Assembly: GCA_051648405.1 (NCBI GenBank)
Contig: JBOFFC010000134.1
Span: forward strand, 4,317 to 68,316
Direction of reading: 5' to 3'
Length of the DNA stretch: 64,000 nucleotides
Origin: Lacipirellulaceae bacterium
Lineage (GTDB): Bacteria; Planctomycetota; Planctomycetia; Pirellulales; Lacipirellulaceae
Shown: one piece after another, positions 1 to 9,675 of the stretch
How positions within the stretch are numbered: the first letter of the stretch is position 1
How the letters are laid out: every line of letters starts with the position of its first letter
The notes under the pieces: generated by a model
What the model saw: the letters and a program-made list of their open reading frames with translations, nothing else
What the model was told of the DNA's origin: nothing
The model's database searches: none
Translations under genes and position numbers: made by a program

Positions 1-72
1 GTCGAGCTGCGGACCGACGCGGGTCCAACGGGCGAAGTATTCCTCAGGCGTTTCGTAGGCGTCTAGCGGCAT
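1..72 (-). CDS. N-terminal fragment of an unidentified CDS continuing past the left window edge
   Basis: ATG at 72..70 lies 9 nt after the thiG stop on the same strand. It reads MPLDAYETPEEYFARWTRVGPQLD and then leaves the window; too short to name. Confidence 0.25.
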   Translation of the reverse strand, partial: MPLDAYETPEEYFARWTRVGPQLD

Positions 73-80
73 GGTGGCTC

Positions 81-905
81 TTATCCCGGTGGTTGCCAGG
101 TGATGACTCCCTCGTCGGGGCTGCTGGCCGAGGCGTAGAGCCGTTTGGGGATCCGCCCCGCGAGCCAGCCCAAGCGCCCCGCGACACACGCGTGGCGCAT
201 GGCGACCGCCATCCGGACCGGGTCCTTAGCGTGCGCGATTGCCGTGTTGAGCAGAACGCCATCGACCCCCAGCTCCATCGCCGCGGTCACGTCGGCGGCG
301 CCGCCGACCCCCGCATCGACGATCACCGGGTAGTGCGGGTCGTCTTCCTTCAGGTACTCCAGGCAGATCCGCAGGTTGTTCGGGTTCAGCACCCCCTGCC
401 CCGAGCCGATCGGGCTGCCGGCCGGCATGACGCTCGTGGCGCCGGCCCCCTTCAGACGCTTGGCGAGCACCGGGTCGTCGCTCGAGTAGACGAGCACCTG
501 GAAGCCGTCCTTCACGAGCTGCTCGGTCGCCCGGAGCGTCTCGATCGGGTCGGGGAGGAGCGTCCGCTTGTCCGCCAGGCACTCGAGCTTCACCCAATCG
601 GCCCCCGAGTTCTCGAGCCCCAGCAGTAGCTCGCGCCCCAGTCGCGCCACGCGCACGGCGTCGTCGGCGCTGAAGCACCCCGCAGTATTCGGAAGGATCG
701 TGTACCGCGTAGGGTCGACGAAATCGACCAAACTCCGCCCCTGGGCGTCGAGCAGCCGCTCGCGGCGCACGGCGACCGTCACGCAGTCGGCGCCCGAGTG
801 CTCGAGCGCCTCGCGCATCAGCTCGAACGTCGCGTACTTGCCCGTGCCGACGATCAGCCGACTGTGCAGGTCGTGCGAGCCGATGCGGAGCGGGGTGGGT
901 TCCAT
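81..905 (-). CDS. thiG: thiazole synthase ThiG
   Basis: 274-aa ORF with full-length ThiG-like pattern ([39 protein letters not shown]). Lies directly downstream of thiS. Confidence 0.9.
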   Translation of the reverse strand: MEPTPLRIGSHDLHSRLIVGTGKYATFELMREALEHSGADCVTVAVRRERLLDAQGRSLVDFVDPTRYTILPNTAGCFSADDAVRVARLGRELLLGLENSGADWVKLECLADKRTLLPDPIETLRATEQLVKDGFQVLVYSSDDPVLAKRLKGAGATSVMPAGSPIGSGQGVLNPNNLRICLEYLKEDDPHYPVIVDAGVGGAADVTAAMELGVDGVLLNTAIAHAKDPVRMAVAMRHACVAGRLGWLAGRIPKRLYASASSPDEGVITWQPPG

Positions 906-978
906 CGGGCGGGGTTCGGAATGCGGGAGTCGGAATTCGGGGTGCGGAATCGGCCTGATCCGCGCGGGCTCGCCGGCG

Positions 979-1179
979 CTATCCGCCCCCGACGAGCGTC
1001 ACCACCTCGAGTCGGTCCCCTTCGGCGAGCGTCGTCTGCGCGTGGTCTGCGCGGGGGACGACCTCCAAGTTCCGCTCGACCGCCACGTGCTTCACGCGGA
1101 CGTCCAGCAACTCGAGCAGCCCCGCGACGGTCGTCCCGTCGGGGGCCTCACGCGGTTCGCCGTTGACGTGGAGGAGCAT
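979..1179 (-). CDS. thiS: sulfur carrier protein ThiS
   Basis: 66-aa ORF ending in ...VTLVGGG (C-terminal GG of ubiquitin-like sulfur carriers), immediately upstream of thiG. Confidence 0.85.
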   Translation of the reverse strand: MLLHVNGEPREAPDGTTVAGLLELLDVRVKHVAVERNLEVVPRADHAQTTLAEGDRLEVVTLVGGG

Positions 1180-1184
1180 CGTGG

Positions 1185-1340
1185 GGGAGAGGATTGAGGC
1201 GAGAGGATAGAGGCGAGAGGGATCAGCGATAGGGGAGATGAGAGATGGCAGATGATCGAGGTTTCAGGCGAACAATCGCGAAGCGGTTCACCGTCTCTAG
1301 CATCTAACCTCTTACCTCTACCCTCTCTCCTCTGTCGCCA
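1185..1340. repeat. imperfect palindrome built of purine-rich GAGAGG/GATAGAGG words (word family W5)
   Basis: Left arm 1185-1222 (gggagaggattgaggcgagaggatagaggcgagaggga). Right arm 1307-1340 is its pyrimidine-rich mirror (aacctcttacctctaccctctctcctctgtcgcc). Fills the thiS leader. Confidence 0.5.
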
Positions 1341-1346
1341 GCCCCC

Positions 1347-1895
1347 TCACTGATCGCGAACGAACTCGTTCCGCAGCGGGGTCCTTGCTAGCGGGATGAA
1401 GGTGCCGACTTGGGGCTTCCCCGAGGCGTGCATCGACGGGTTCCACGGCAGGCCGTAGACGGCGAGTTGACCGGTGGTCGCCTCGACGACGTAGACGACG
1501 CTCTGACCCAGTTGCTGACCCCCGCCGCCGACGTTCCGCAGGTTGCGAGCCATCCCCGGGACCATCAGGTACTTGGGGTTCTTGACGCCGGCGCCGGCGA
1601 AATCGGCGGCGACGTTGTACTGGTACATGGCGCTGAAGCCGGGGCGCCGCTCGTTGACGACGGTCGCCTTGAGGTCCCCCGTGAGGAAGTCGAGGAAGAA
1701 GAACGCTTCGATCCCCTCGTCAAGAATCCCCGTGGCGACAACAAAGTTGTCGTGCGCCTGCGTCGCCGAGGCGGAGACCTCGATCGGCGGCAGCAAGCCG
1801 TCACTCGTCGGCCGGAGTGGCGTGCCGAGGAGCACTCCCACAGCGACCCCTGCGATGCCGCACGCGGCCAGCGGCGCGAGCCTTCGAGCCCCCAT
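1347..1895 (-). CDS. hypothetical exported or membrane-anchored protein
   Basis: ORF 1347..1949. Start chosen at ATG 1895 (MGARRLAPLAACGIAGVAVGVLLG, a signal-anchor-like N-terminus). No recognisable family. Confidence 0.55.
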   Translation of the reverse strand: MGARRLAPLAACGIAGVAVGVLLGTPLRPTSDGLLPPIEVSASATQAHDNFVVATGILDEGIEAFFFLDFLTGDLKATVVNERRPGFSAMYQYNVAADFAGAGVKNPKYLMVPGMARNLRNVGGGGQQLGQSVVYVVEATTGQLAVYGLPWNPSMHASGKPQVGTFIPLARTPLRNEFVRDQ

Positions 1896-2024
1896 CGTGT
1901 CCTCCTCGACCCGACCGTGGCGAGAACGGTCGGCAGCGCCGCCGACCACAAGCCTTCATCTTAACGGCCGACCAACGAAATGGGATAGACGACGCGGCCC
2001 CGGCAGCGTCGGACCGAGCCGCGA

Positions 2025-2753
2025 TTACTCGCGGCTGCTGCTCCCCGCGAGTTGCGACACGTAGTACAGCACCATCATAACCGACTGCGCCGTGCCGGCG
2101 ACGTAGGTCCAAGCGGCCGCGTCGAGCACGCCGTTGACGTGCTGCATCCCGTTCGCGGGGACGATGCCGAACTCGACAAGCTGCCGCTTGGCGCGGTTGC
2201 TGGCGTCGAACTCGACGGGGAGGTTAACCAACTGGAACACGGCGACCATGCTGAACGCGACGACTCCAGCGACCAGCAGGAGAACGCCGAGCGGCGAGAC
2301 GCTCATGAGCAAACCACCGGCCATGATCATCATGATCCCGGCGCTGCCACCGAAGTTCGCCAGCGGGACCGCCATGTTGCGGATCACCAGCGGGGCGTAG
2401 TTCGTCGCGTCTTGCAGGGCGTGGCCCGCCTCGTGGGCGGCGATCCCGACCGCCGCCATCGTCCGGTGGCCGTAGACCCCTTCGCTAAGGCGCAGGACCT
2501 TCGCCCGCGGGTCGTAGTGGTCGGTCAAGGTTCCGGCGATCGACTCGACGCGGACTTCGGTCAGCCCCGCCGAGTCGAGCAGCAGCCGGGCAGCGGCGGC
2601 GCCGGTCAGGTTCGCGCCGACCTGCGACGCGCGGGCGTACTGCGATTGGACCCGCCGCTGCGCCCACAGGGCGAGCAGCACGGCGGGGGCCATGAACAGC
2701 AAATAAGCGAGCATCGGGGCAACCGGGGCCGCGGGTGGGGGGAACCTCTTCAC
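2025..2753 (-). CDS. putative neutral zinc metallopeptidase (PF04298 / YpfJ-like membrane peptidase)
   Basis: 242-aa ORF with HEAGH zinc motif, N-terminal TM and C-terminal hydrophobic segments typical of the family. Start may be the internal MLAYLLF at 2714. Confidence 0.8.
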   Translation of the reverse strand: MKRFPPPAAPVAPMLAYLLFMAPAVLLALWAQRRVQSQYARASQVGANLTGAAAARLLLDSAGLTEVRVESIAGTLTDHYDPRAKVLRLSEGVYGHRTMAAVGIAAHEAGHALQDATNYAPLVIRNMAVPLANFGGSAGIMMIMAGGLLMSVSPLGVLLLVAGVVAFSMVAVFQLVNLPVEFDASNRAKRQLVEFGIVPANGMQHVNGVLDAAAWTYVAGTAQSVMMVLYYVSQLAGSSSRE

Positions 2754-2860
2754 GGCAGTCTACGCAATTCGGCGTCGCCGGGTTCACGAGGCGGCTCCGC
2801 TCCCGAGCCTAGCGACCAGGTCCGCCTTGATTGCGTCAGCGCGAGCCGCGCGGGCTCGGG

Positions 2861-3295
2861 CTACGTCGCGTTGGGGAGCGCCGGCTTGGTAGGCGCGGGC
2901 GCCGGGGGGGCTTTGGGGTCTGCGTTCAGCGCGGGGTCTTGCCCGCCGGCGGCCCCGGGGACAACCCGCATCAACCCCATCCGCTGCATGAGCCCCAGCA
3001 ATTGGTTCCACGAGACACTCTGCTGCGCGGCGGCGTCGATCCGCTGGCCGAGCTGCACGAGGGTCTGCGCGTCGATCGTGTTCGCCTGCACGTACCCGTG
3101 GCTGGGGCCCGCGACCCCCAGCAGGAGCTTGTCACCGGCGAGCTGCGTCATGACGCGCCCCTTCGAATCGACCACCAGCAGTTGCTCGCAGACGAGCTGC
3201 TGCGCGCGGGTCTGCTTCGCCATCTTGTCGCGCAGCGCCGCCCCGAGCGCCAGGAAGAGCAGCGGGTAGACGATCCAGCGTTCGCGTTCGGTCAT
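2861..3295 (-). CDS. hypothetical membrane-anchored protein
   Basis: 144-aa ORF with N-terminal TM (WIVYPLLFLALGAAL) and Pro/Ala-rich tail. Tightly packed on the same strand between the lipoprotein and peptidase genes. Confidence 0.5.
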   Translation of the reverse strand: MTERERWIVYPLLFLALGAALRDKMAKQTRAQQLVCEQLLVVDSKGRVMTQLAGDKLLLGVAGPSHGYVQANTIDAQTLVQLGQRIDAAAQQSVSWNQLLGLMQRMGLMRVVPGAAGGQDPALNADPKAPPAPAPTKPALPNAT

Positions 3296-3313
3296 GTCGG
3301 CTTCCCGTCCCGG

Positions 3314-3907
3314 CTAGTTTGCGCGTTCGAAGATCAAGCGGCCGAACCGCGGGTCGGCGCCCTGCTCGATCAGCGTGAATCGCTCTTCGCCGGGGATCAA
3401 GCGCAACTCATAACGGCGCACCTCGCGGCGCGGCGACGCGGCGACGCGCTGCGCCGACGGGGCTTCTCCCGAGTCGCTGGCCCGGCGATCAACCGCGATC
3501 TCGAGCAGCGCAGCCCCCCCCTCGCCGGCGGTCGCCCGCCACGAGCCCTCGAGCGGCTCGGCCTCCTCGACGCCCCGCAGCACGAGCTTCGCCTTCCCTC
3601 GACCGGCGAGCGTCAGGTCGATGCGCACGTCGGCGAACGACTCGAGCTCGGTCGGCGCAACCCGATCGACCTTGTCGAGGGCTTCGGTCGGTAGGCCGTC
3701 GAGCGACGGGTCGTCGCGACCCTGGAGGGCCGCGTCGGCCGACCCGCCGGGGCGCGGCCACTCACGCCGCGAGCGTTCGACGGCCGTCTCGGGGCGGCCG
3801 GTCCATTCCCCTTCGAGTTGCTGCGACAGCCCGAACCGCGCGCTGCATCCCGCCACCGCCATTAGGAGGAACGACAGCGCCGCAAGTCGTCGGAGGGTCG
3901 GCGGCAC
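3314..3907 (-). CDS. putative lipoprotein
   Basis: C-terminal part of ORF 3314..4345. GTG at 3907 gives VPPTLRRLAALSFLLMAVAGCS with lipobox AVAGC. The upstream part of the ORF is Arg/Pro-rich junk overlapping the neighbouring gene. Confidence 0.5.
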   Translation of the reverse strand: MPPTLRRLAALSFLLMAVAGCSARFGLSQQLEGEWTGRPETAVERSRREWPRPGGSADAALQGRDDPSLDGLPTEALDKVDRVAPTELESFADVRIDLTLAGRGKAKLVLRGVEEAEPLEGSWRATAGEGGAALLEIAVDRRASDSGEAPSAQRVAASPRREVRRYELRLIPGEERFTLIEQGADPRFGRLIFERAN

Positions 3908-4001
3908 TTGCGGTCGCTCGGGCGGGGGGACGCTACGGGAAGCCCCTAGCTTAAGTTGCGCCGCGGGTCGCGGGCAGTGGGGCGGGACGTAGCGGCTGTG
4001 C

Positions 4002-6023
4002 CTACCGGCTCCCTCGGGCCGCCGTCGGAGTCGCGGGGAGCAAGGCGCCAACGAGCTGCTGCCCAAACCAGACCACGAGGGCCAGCAAAGCGATCGCCAC
4101 GAGCGTGTAGAAGCCGAGGACGAGCCACGCCCCCAGCGGGGCGATCGGCGTGCGGGTCGGGGCGCCGGGGTCGCCCGCCTGCTGCGCGGCGTCGCGCATC
4201 GCCGCGTGCGCTTCGCGCCACGCGCTCCAGGACCCGGCGACCTTGCCGGCCGAGTCGCCGGCACGCTCGGTGGCCGCCCAGGCGGAGCTCGTCTTGCGCT
4301 GCGTCGGCCGCTTGCTCGCGGCCGCCATCCCCAACTGAGCAACACGGAACAGCACCCCGACGAGCGAGAACGGTAGCGCCACGAGTCCCCCGACCAGCTC
4401 CGATCTGCGCTTGGCGAGCGCTTCGCGGGCCTCGGCGAGCTTCTTCGCGAGCGCTGTCGCCTCGCGGGCGGGCACGGCGCTCGGCGGCCTCACCGAGGCC
4501 TCCTCGGCGGGTTCGCTCTGCGCTCGCGACTTATCGCCCGGTTCCTTCTGCGGCTCGTCCCTCGACGTAGCAGGCGCCGGTTCCTCCGCCGGTCGCAGCG
4601 GGTCCATCAGCTTCTGGATCTGTCCGCGCGACAGGGGCCCGCACAGGTAGCTCATCGCCCAGCGCGTCTGGAACACCCGCGGCGCGTCCTCGTGGACGTT
4701 GTTCATCAGGAAGACGCGGTTCCCGAGTCCGGCGAGGTTCCGCTCCATCTGCTGCTTGTCGAAGGTGCTGCCGGCCTGGGCCGAGGCCCCCTCGAGCCCC
4801 TCCATAACACGCATCTTGTCACGCTCGGTCTGCAAACGGCCGAGGAACCACGTGCCGCAGTTCGAGAGTCCCTTGTAGTCGAGGTCCACCGGGTTCTGCG
4901 TCGCCAGGACGACCCCCAAGCCGAACGCGCGGGCCTGCTTCAGCAGGGTGAGCATCGGCTGTTTTGACGGTGGGTTGGCCGTCGGCGGGAAGTAGCCGAA
5001 GACCTCGTCCATGTAGAGGATCGCCCGCAGGCCGCTCGTGCCCGACTGGGTGCGCATCCAGGCGAGCACCTCGCTAAGCAGGATCGTCACAAAGAACATC
5101 CGCTGCGCGTCGTCGAGGTGCGCGATCGAGACGACGGCGAGCCGTGGCTTGCCGGCGGGGTGCTCCGCAGTCGCCGGACCGTAGAGAAGCTCGGGGACGC
5201 TCAGCGCCTGCCCCTGCACCCAGCCGGCGAACGACGGCGAGGCGAGCAGGTTATTAAGGTCCATCGCCAGCTTCGAGCGCTGCTTCTCGGGGAAGAACTC
5301 GTCGAGCGGCAGCACGCCCACTTCGGTGAACGGAGGCGCCTTGATCTGCTTGATCAGGTCGGCGACGCCAACGTCCTTGCCCGCTTCCCAGGCGTGGGTC
5401 AGTACGGTCGATAGGAGGATGTGCTCGCGGCTGCGCACGGGGTCGGCGTCGATCCCCAGCAGACCCAACAGCCCCGAGACGGCCGAGCTGACACGCTGGC
5501 GGAAGGAGTCGTCGTCGTCGCGCACCTCCTTGGGGGGGGCGTCGAAGCTCCGCAACACGGTCATCGGCAGCCCGTGGCTCGCGCCGGGGGTGTAGACCCG
5601 CCGCTCGACCGAGTCGGCGTACCGCTTAACCCGCGCCGCGTCCTGGCCCCACTTGGCGAGCCCGTCGCGCCACAGCACGGCCGCCTCGGCCGCGGCGGCC
5701 TCGGGGGTTTGCCCCTTCCGCTGGGCGGCCGCCTCGTCGATCCACGGGCGGTAGTCCTCGGGGCGGGACTCGGGGAAGGCCAGCAACAGGTTCCCGAGGT
5801 CCCCCTTGGGGTCGATGGCGATCACCGGCACGCCGTCGAGGGCCGCCTCCTCGAGCAGCGACAGGCAGAGCCCCGTCTTGCCGCTGCCGGTCATGCCGAC
5901 GCACACGGCGTGGGTCGTCAGGTTCGAGCTCTTGTAGAGCAGTGGCTCGTCGGCCGTTTTGCCCGACGCCAGGTCGTGCCCGCGGCCCAGGTAGAACAGG
6001 TGCGGGGAGTCGATTTCGGGCAT
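4002..6023 (-). CDS. membrane-anchored HerA/FtsK-superfamily P-loop NTPase (DUF87/DUF853 YjgR-like)
   Basis: 673-aa ORF. Walker [19 protein letters not shown], Walker B-like AILYMDEVF and [11 protein letters not shown]. The C-terminal third is low-complexity plus two predicted TM helices ([17 protein letters not shown]; [23 protein letters not shown]). Confidence 0.75.
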   Translation of the reverse strand: MPEIDSPHLFYLGRGHDLASGKTADEPLLYKSSNLTTHAVCVGMTGSGKTGLCLSLLEEAALDGVPVIAIDPKGDLGNLLLAFPESRPEDYRPWIDEAAAQRKGQTPEAAAAEAAVLWRDGLAKWGQDAARVKRYADSVERRVYTPGASHGLPMTVLRSFDAPPKEVRDDDDSFRQRVSSAVSGLLGLLGIDADPVRSREHILLSTVLTHAWEAGKDVGVADLIKQIKAPPFTEVGVLPLDEFFPEKQRSKLAMDLNNLLASPSFAGWVQGQALSVPELLYGPATAEHPAGKPRLAVVSIAHLDDAQRMFFVTILLSEVLAWMRTQSGTSGLRAILYMDEVFGYFPPTANPPSKQPMLTLLKQARAFGLGVVLATQNPVDLDYKGLSNCGTWFLGRLQTERDKMRVMEGLEGASAQAGSTFDKQQMERNLAGLGNRVFLMNNVHEDAPRVFQTRWAMSYLCGPLSRGQIQKLMDPLRPAEEPAPATSRDEPQKEPGDKSRAQSEPAEEASVRPPSAVPAREATALAKKLAEAREALAKRRSELVGGLVALPFSLVGVLFRVAQLGMAAASKRPTQRKTSSAWAATERAGDSAGKVAGSWSAWREAHAAMRDAAQQAGDPGAPTRTPIAPLGAWLVLGFYTLVAIALLALVVWFGQQLVGALLPATPTAARGSR

Positions 6024-6133
6024 GGGGGGCTAGGCGGTGGACTAAAGTCGGCTTTACTGGACACCGAGCAGAATAAAGTAATCGGCGATTTTCTTTATCC
6101 TGGCCACGTCAGTGTAAAATCCGGCGTAAGCCC

Positions 6134-7291
6134 ATGCAATACAACGACTTTGGTCCCCATTCACCGGGCCAACTGAGCGCCATCACCGCATTCTGGGGGG
6201 GCGACCGGTGCTTCGACCCCTCCCCGCTGCCACCGGAATGGCGGTTCCCAGAGCCCCTTTGGCCGCTCCTGAACGAGGCGAACCGGCAGCTGATGCTGCT
6301 CGAAGGAGTGGCTCGAAGCCTGCCAAACCCGGCAATCCTGCTCGGGCCGATGCGCGACCGCGAGGCGATCCTTTCCTCTCGTATGGAAGGAACGTTCGCG
6401 ACCCCTCGGCAGTTGCTCCTGTACGAGGTTGATCCCCAGCTAGCAGACTCGGAGCACGACCCGCGAAACCAGCATCGAGAAGTTGCCAACTACGCCAAGG
6501 CCTTCGAGCACGCTGTCGCCTCGCCTTTGCCGGTCGGACTCACCCTTATTCGCCAGTTGCACCAGTTGTTGATGGACGGCGTGCGCGGCGTCGACCGCGA
6601 GCCCGGCAAGATCCGTACACGGCAGGTCGCGATCGGGTCGGGAGCCAGGTTCATCCCCCCGCCCCCTGAGCGGCTAGCTGACTTCCTCGGCGACCTGAAC
6701 GCCTATCTTCATACGGAATCGTCTCGCTTCGATCCGCTGGTTGATTGCTTCCTAGTGCACTACCAGTTTGAGGCGATCCACCCCTTCGCAGACGGCAACG
6801 GGCGCGTCGGCCGACTCCTCCTGACGCTCATGGTCCAGCAGCGCTGCGGACTTTCGCTCCCTTGGTTGCATTTGAGCGAGTACTTCGACCGCGACCACGA
6901 CGAGTACTGCGGTCACCTCTACCGGGTCAGCAGCCGTGGGGGATGGTCGAGTTGGATCGAATACTGTCTCAAGGGGGTCGTCGAGCTCGCGGCCCAGACC
7001 GTGCAGCGGTGCGACCGCCTCCGCTCGTTGCGCGAGGACTACTATCGACGCCTTTCGCTCACCAAGGGAGCGGTCCGACTCAACGAAATCGTCGAAGGCC
7101 TGTTCCGCACGCCGATCGTGACCGCGTCCGATTTGCCTTCGCGCATGGGGGTCACCTTGCCCACGGCGTACAAAGACGCCGAGAAGCTGGAGTCGCTCGG
7201 GATCGTGAGGCTTATGGAAGGTCACTACCCGAAGACCTACTACGCGCCGGAGATCTTCGCCATTGCGTATGAAGGCCTCGAGCAGGAGTAA
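6134..7291 (+). CDS. Fic family protein (AMPylase-type, with Fic_N and C-terminal wHTH-like region)
   Basis: 385-aa ORF with canonical Fic motif HPFADGNGRVGR and an N-terminal SSRMEG matching the inhibitory [ST]xxxE[GN] helix motif. AT-richer leader at 6024-6133. Confidence 0.9.
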   Translation: MQYNDFGPHSPGQLSAITAFWGGDRCFDPSPLPPEWRFPEPLWPLLNEANRQLMLLEGVARSLPNPAILLGPMRDREAILSSRMEGTFATPRQLLLYEVDPQLADSEHDPRNQHREVANYAKAFEHAVASPLPVGLTLIRQLHQLLMDGVRGVDREPGKIRTRQVAIGSGARFIPPPPERLADFLGDLNAYLHTESSRFDPLVDCFLVHYQFEAIHPFADGNGRVGRLLLTLMVQQRCGLSLPWLHLSEYFDRDHDEYCGHLYRVSSRGGWSSWIEYCLKGVVELAAQTVQRCDRLRSLREDYYRRLSLTKGAVRLNEIVEGLFRTPIVTASDLPSRMGVTLPTAYKDAEKLESLGIVRLMEGHYPKTYYAPEIFAIAYEGLEQE

Positions 7292-7309
7292 CTCGATCGG
7301 CCGGAACGA

Positions 7310-7705
7310 TCACTCGTCGCGCGACTCGCGCCCCAGCCCCGGCGTGGGGTCGGTCACCAGGCCGTAGACCTCACGCCCCTCGTGCCCCTCGGGGAGGTAC
7401 TCGGTGATCGGCAGGCCGTCGGGGCGGACGAATAGCAGGCAGTGGCAGTACTTCCACCGCTTCATCTCGTCGCAGGCGCAGACCCAGCGGCGACCGTGCT
7501 CGGCGAGCTCGCGCTCTTTGCTGGGGTAGAAATTGCACGGGCAGAGCGGGCGGCCGACCTGCTCGAGGTTCGCCGCCAGCCCCAAGACAACCCCCTCGGT
7601 CACTTCGGCGTTGGGGTGCGCCGCGGTCCCGGATTTCTCCCTGTACTTGGCGACGAACTTCTCCATCCGCTGGATGGTCGCGGCAGACGGATCGGGGCGC
7701 GGCAT
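7310..7705 (-). CDS. ferredoxin-thioredoxin reductase catalytic subunit-like protein
   Basis: CPC...CAC...CHC cysteine pattern (RPLCPCNFY, WVCACDEMK, YCHCLLF). Start taken at ATG 7705 (MPRPDPSAATIQRMEKF). Confidence 0.8.
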   Translation of the reverse strand: MPRPDPSAATIQRMEKFVAKYREKSGTAAHPNAEVTEGVVLGLAANLEQVGRPLCPCNFYPSKERELAEHGRRWVCACDEMKRWKYCHCLLFVRPDGLPITEYLPEGHEGREVYGLVTDPTPGLGRESRDE

Positions 7706-7846
7706 AGTGCCTGGCGGGGAGAGAGAACAACAAGCGACAAGGGGCGCTGCGTGCGTCGTGCAGGGCCGCGGCGCCACAGGCAAGCCCGCAACCCGCGCAG
7801 GCCAGCCCGTGGCTCCACGGGGTTCAGCAAGGGGTGTCAGCTAAGG

Positions 7847-7921
7847 GGTGGCTGAGGGGTCTCGAACCCCCGACCTTCGGAATCACAATCCGACGCTCTA
7901 ACCAACTGAGCTACAGCCACC
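7847..7921 (-). tRNA. tRNA-His (anticodon GTG)
   Basis: Reverse complement reads GGTGGCTGTAGCTCAGTTGGTTAGAGCGTCGGATTGTGATTCCGAAGGTCGGGGGTTCGAGACCCCTCAGCCACC. Cloverleaf with GTG anticodon, encoded G-1 pairing with C73, and no encoded CCA. Confidence 0.9.
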
Positions 7922-7997
7922 AGAAGAGCCCCAACGCGGGGGCTGCCGCAGCGTAGACCGTCGGGGCCCGGACGGTCAACGAGTCGCCGTCCCCCCC

Positions 7998-8111
7998 CTA
8001 GCGCTTGTGCGCCCAGGCGTAAACGGCCCCGGCGCCGAAAAACCCGCCGACGACGAACGCCAGGACCACACTCGGAAGGTCGAACGAAGTCAGGTGGGCG
8101 AGGATCGTCAC
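7998..8111 (-). CDS. possible 37-aa small membrane protein
   Basis: GTG at 8111 preceded by GGAG. Reads (M)TILAHLTSFDLPSVVLAFVVGGFFGAGAVYAWAHKR. Below the ORF-track size cut-off as an independent gene, so tentative. Confidence 0.25.
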   Translation of the reverse strand: MTILAHLTSFDLPSVVLAFVVGGFFGAGAVYAWAHKR

Positions 8112-8181
8112 GGGGGGGCTCCAGAGGCTGGCGACTAGGGGATTGGGTCCGAACAACTCGCCCCACACTACTGACGCGCGG

Positions 8182-9519
8182 CTAGCGCGACAAGTTCGCG
8201 CCCGGCGCCGCCGGCTCACTGGCGGTCCCCGCGGCGAGGAACTCTCGGAACTGCCGGTCGAGCTCCGCCAGCGGCGTCCCCAGCGAGCGGGCGAGTTGGT
8301 CGGCGTCGGGTCGCTCGCCGTAGACGGCGGCCAGGTACTCGACGAACGCGTCGCGGCGCGGAGGGCCGTTCGCCGGGGACGCGTCGAGCAGCATCGCGGC
8401 CAGGGCCGTTGATTGAGCGTACCAGCCGGCGAGGTCCGCCTGACGCTGAAAGTCGCTCCAACCGAGGCCGACGAGCTCGGCCAGAGGCATTGGCGGCTTC
8501 CCCTCGGCAACGCGCCGTCGGGCGCTGGTGGTGCGGCCGATTTCGAGGTCGAGCGTGTAACCCACGGTCCGTCCTGCGGCGACACGGGGGGCGAGCCCCT
8601 CGAAGGCGCAGGCGACCCCCTCAACGGCCCAGAAGTTCGCGTCCCGCCCGACCCCCCGCGCCGTCGGCCGCGACTCCTGGAACAGTTGATGGACCCCTTC
8701 GTGGTAGAGCGTCGCCCGGCTCGGCCCGCCGAGGGCCGTGTCGTGGAAGAAGTGCGACTGGCGGATCACGTCGAAGTAGATGCCGCTGGTGTCGGCGATC
8801 CGCGCTTGGCGCCGGCGCAGGTGGGCGACGTAGCCTTCCTTCGAGCGGTGGTAGTAAACGGCCATCGCGCGCCCCGAGCGCGGGGCCTCACGCTTTCCAG
8901 CGAACAGGTCGCGCGTTTGCCGCGGCGTGAGGACGTAGGCCGAAAAGACCTGGCGCCATGCCTGGCGGAGCCCTTCGAGCTCGGCGGCGAGCGCGGCGCC
9001 GGCTTCGAGCGAGTGGTTCGTCGTGACGACAAACGAGTCGGTGCGGACTTGGTAGCCGTCTTCGATCCGTGCGTGCTGCTCGATCGCGACGTCGGCCGGC
9101 AGCCACTTGCCGCCAGCGAGACGCTCGCCGCGCTCGTAGCGCGGGACGTCATCTGTGCGGACCCAGCCAAAGCGCGGGTCCCACTCCTCACCGCGTTCGA
9201 CTTGGCGCCGCTGCCAAGGGGTTAGCCAGCGGTCACCGACCCGTTCGTAGCCTAATACGCGGCGGGCCTCGGCGTGGTCGGGATCGGCGGCGAGCCCACG
9301 GGTGGCGAGCGTGAGCGCCCGCGAAACGTCCCCCCGAGCGGCCGATTCGTTCGCCGCAGCGAACAGCCGGGCCCCCGCGGCGACGTCGGGCTTGGCGACG
9401 GCCACGCCGTTGTAGACGTCGGGGGCAAGCGCTAGCGATTCCGTCTTCGCCGGTTCGGCCGCGAACGCACGGCCCGCCGAGAGCGCAAACAGAACGACGA
9501 TCGCACGCAGCGGGGGCAT
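8182..9519 (-). CDS. secreted DUF1570-like / peptidase-MA-like protein
   Basis: 445-aa ORF with signal peptide (MPPLRAIVVLFALSAGRAFA) and HEGVH (HExxH) motif in a context resembling planctomycete DUF1570 proteins. Confidence 0.6.
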   Translation of the reverse strand: MPPLRAIVVLFALSAGRAFAAEPAKTESLALAPDVYNGVAVAKPDVAAGARLFAAANESAARGDVSRALTLATRGLAADPDHAEARRVLGYERVGDRWLTPWQRRQVERGEEWDPRFGWVRTDDVPRYERGERLAGGKWLPADVAIEQHARIEDGYQVRTDSFVVTTNHSLEAGAALAAELEGLRQAWRQVFSAYVLTPRQTRDLFAGKREAPRSGRAMAVYYHRSKEGYVAHLRRRQARIADTSGIYFDVIRQSHFFHDTALGGPSRATLYHEGVHQLFQESRPTARGVGRDANFWAVEGVACAFEGLAPRVAAGRTVGYTLDLEIGRTTSARRRVAEGKPPMPLAELVGLGWSDFQRQADLAGWYAQSTALAAMLLDASPANGPPRRDAFVEYLAAVYGERPDADQLARSLGTPLAELDRQFREFLAAGTASEPAAPGANLSR

Positions 9520-9675
9520 TCGCTTAGTCTAGCCCAAGGGTCGTCGATGGGAGCCCGATCGAACGACGTCGCTTCCACGTTGAGCGAGCCGGAAGCGTCA
9601 GCGCCCGGAGTTGCCCTGGCGCCGGCTACGACTCCGGGCGCTAACGCTTCCGGCTCACCAGTCAACCACAGCGGT

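Noticed and set aside
1180-1346. Candidate TPP (THI-box) riboswitch in the thiS leader
   Set aside because: Only loose matches (gcuagaga, ccugaaaccucgauc). The conserved CUGAGA and GCG.AGGGA blocks and the P2-P5 pairing pattern are absent by eye. Kept only as a negative observation to be confirmed with cmsearch.
6024-7921. tRNA-His-associated integrative island carrying the Fic gene
   Set aside because: No integrase or recombinase gene is present, and I did not spot a direct repeat of the tRNA 3' end. The ferredoxin-thioredoxin reductase gene between Fic and the tRNA looks native.
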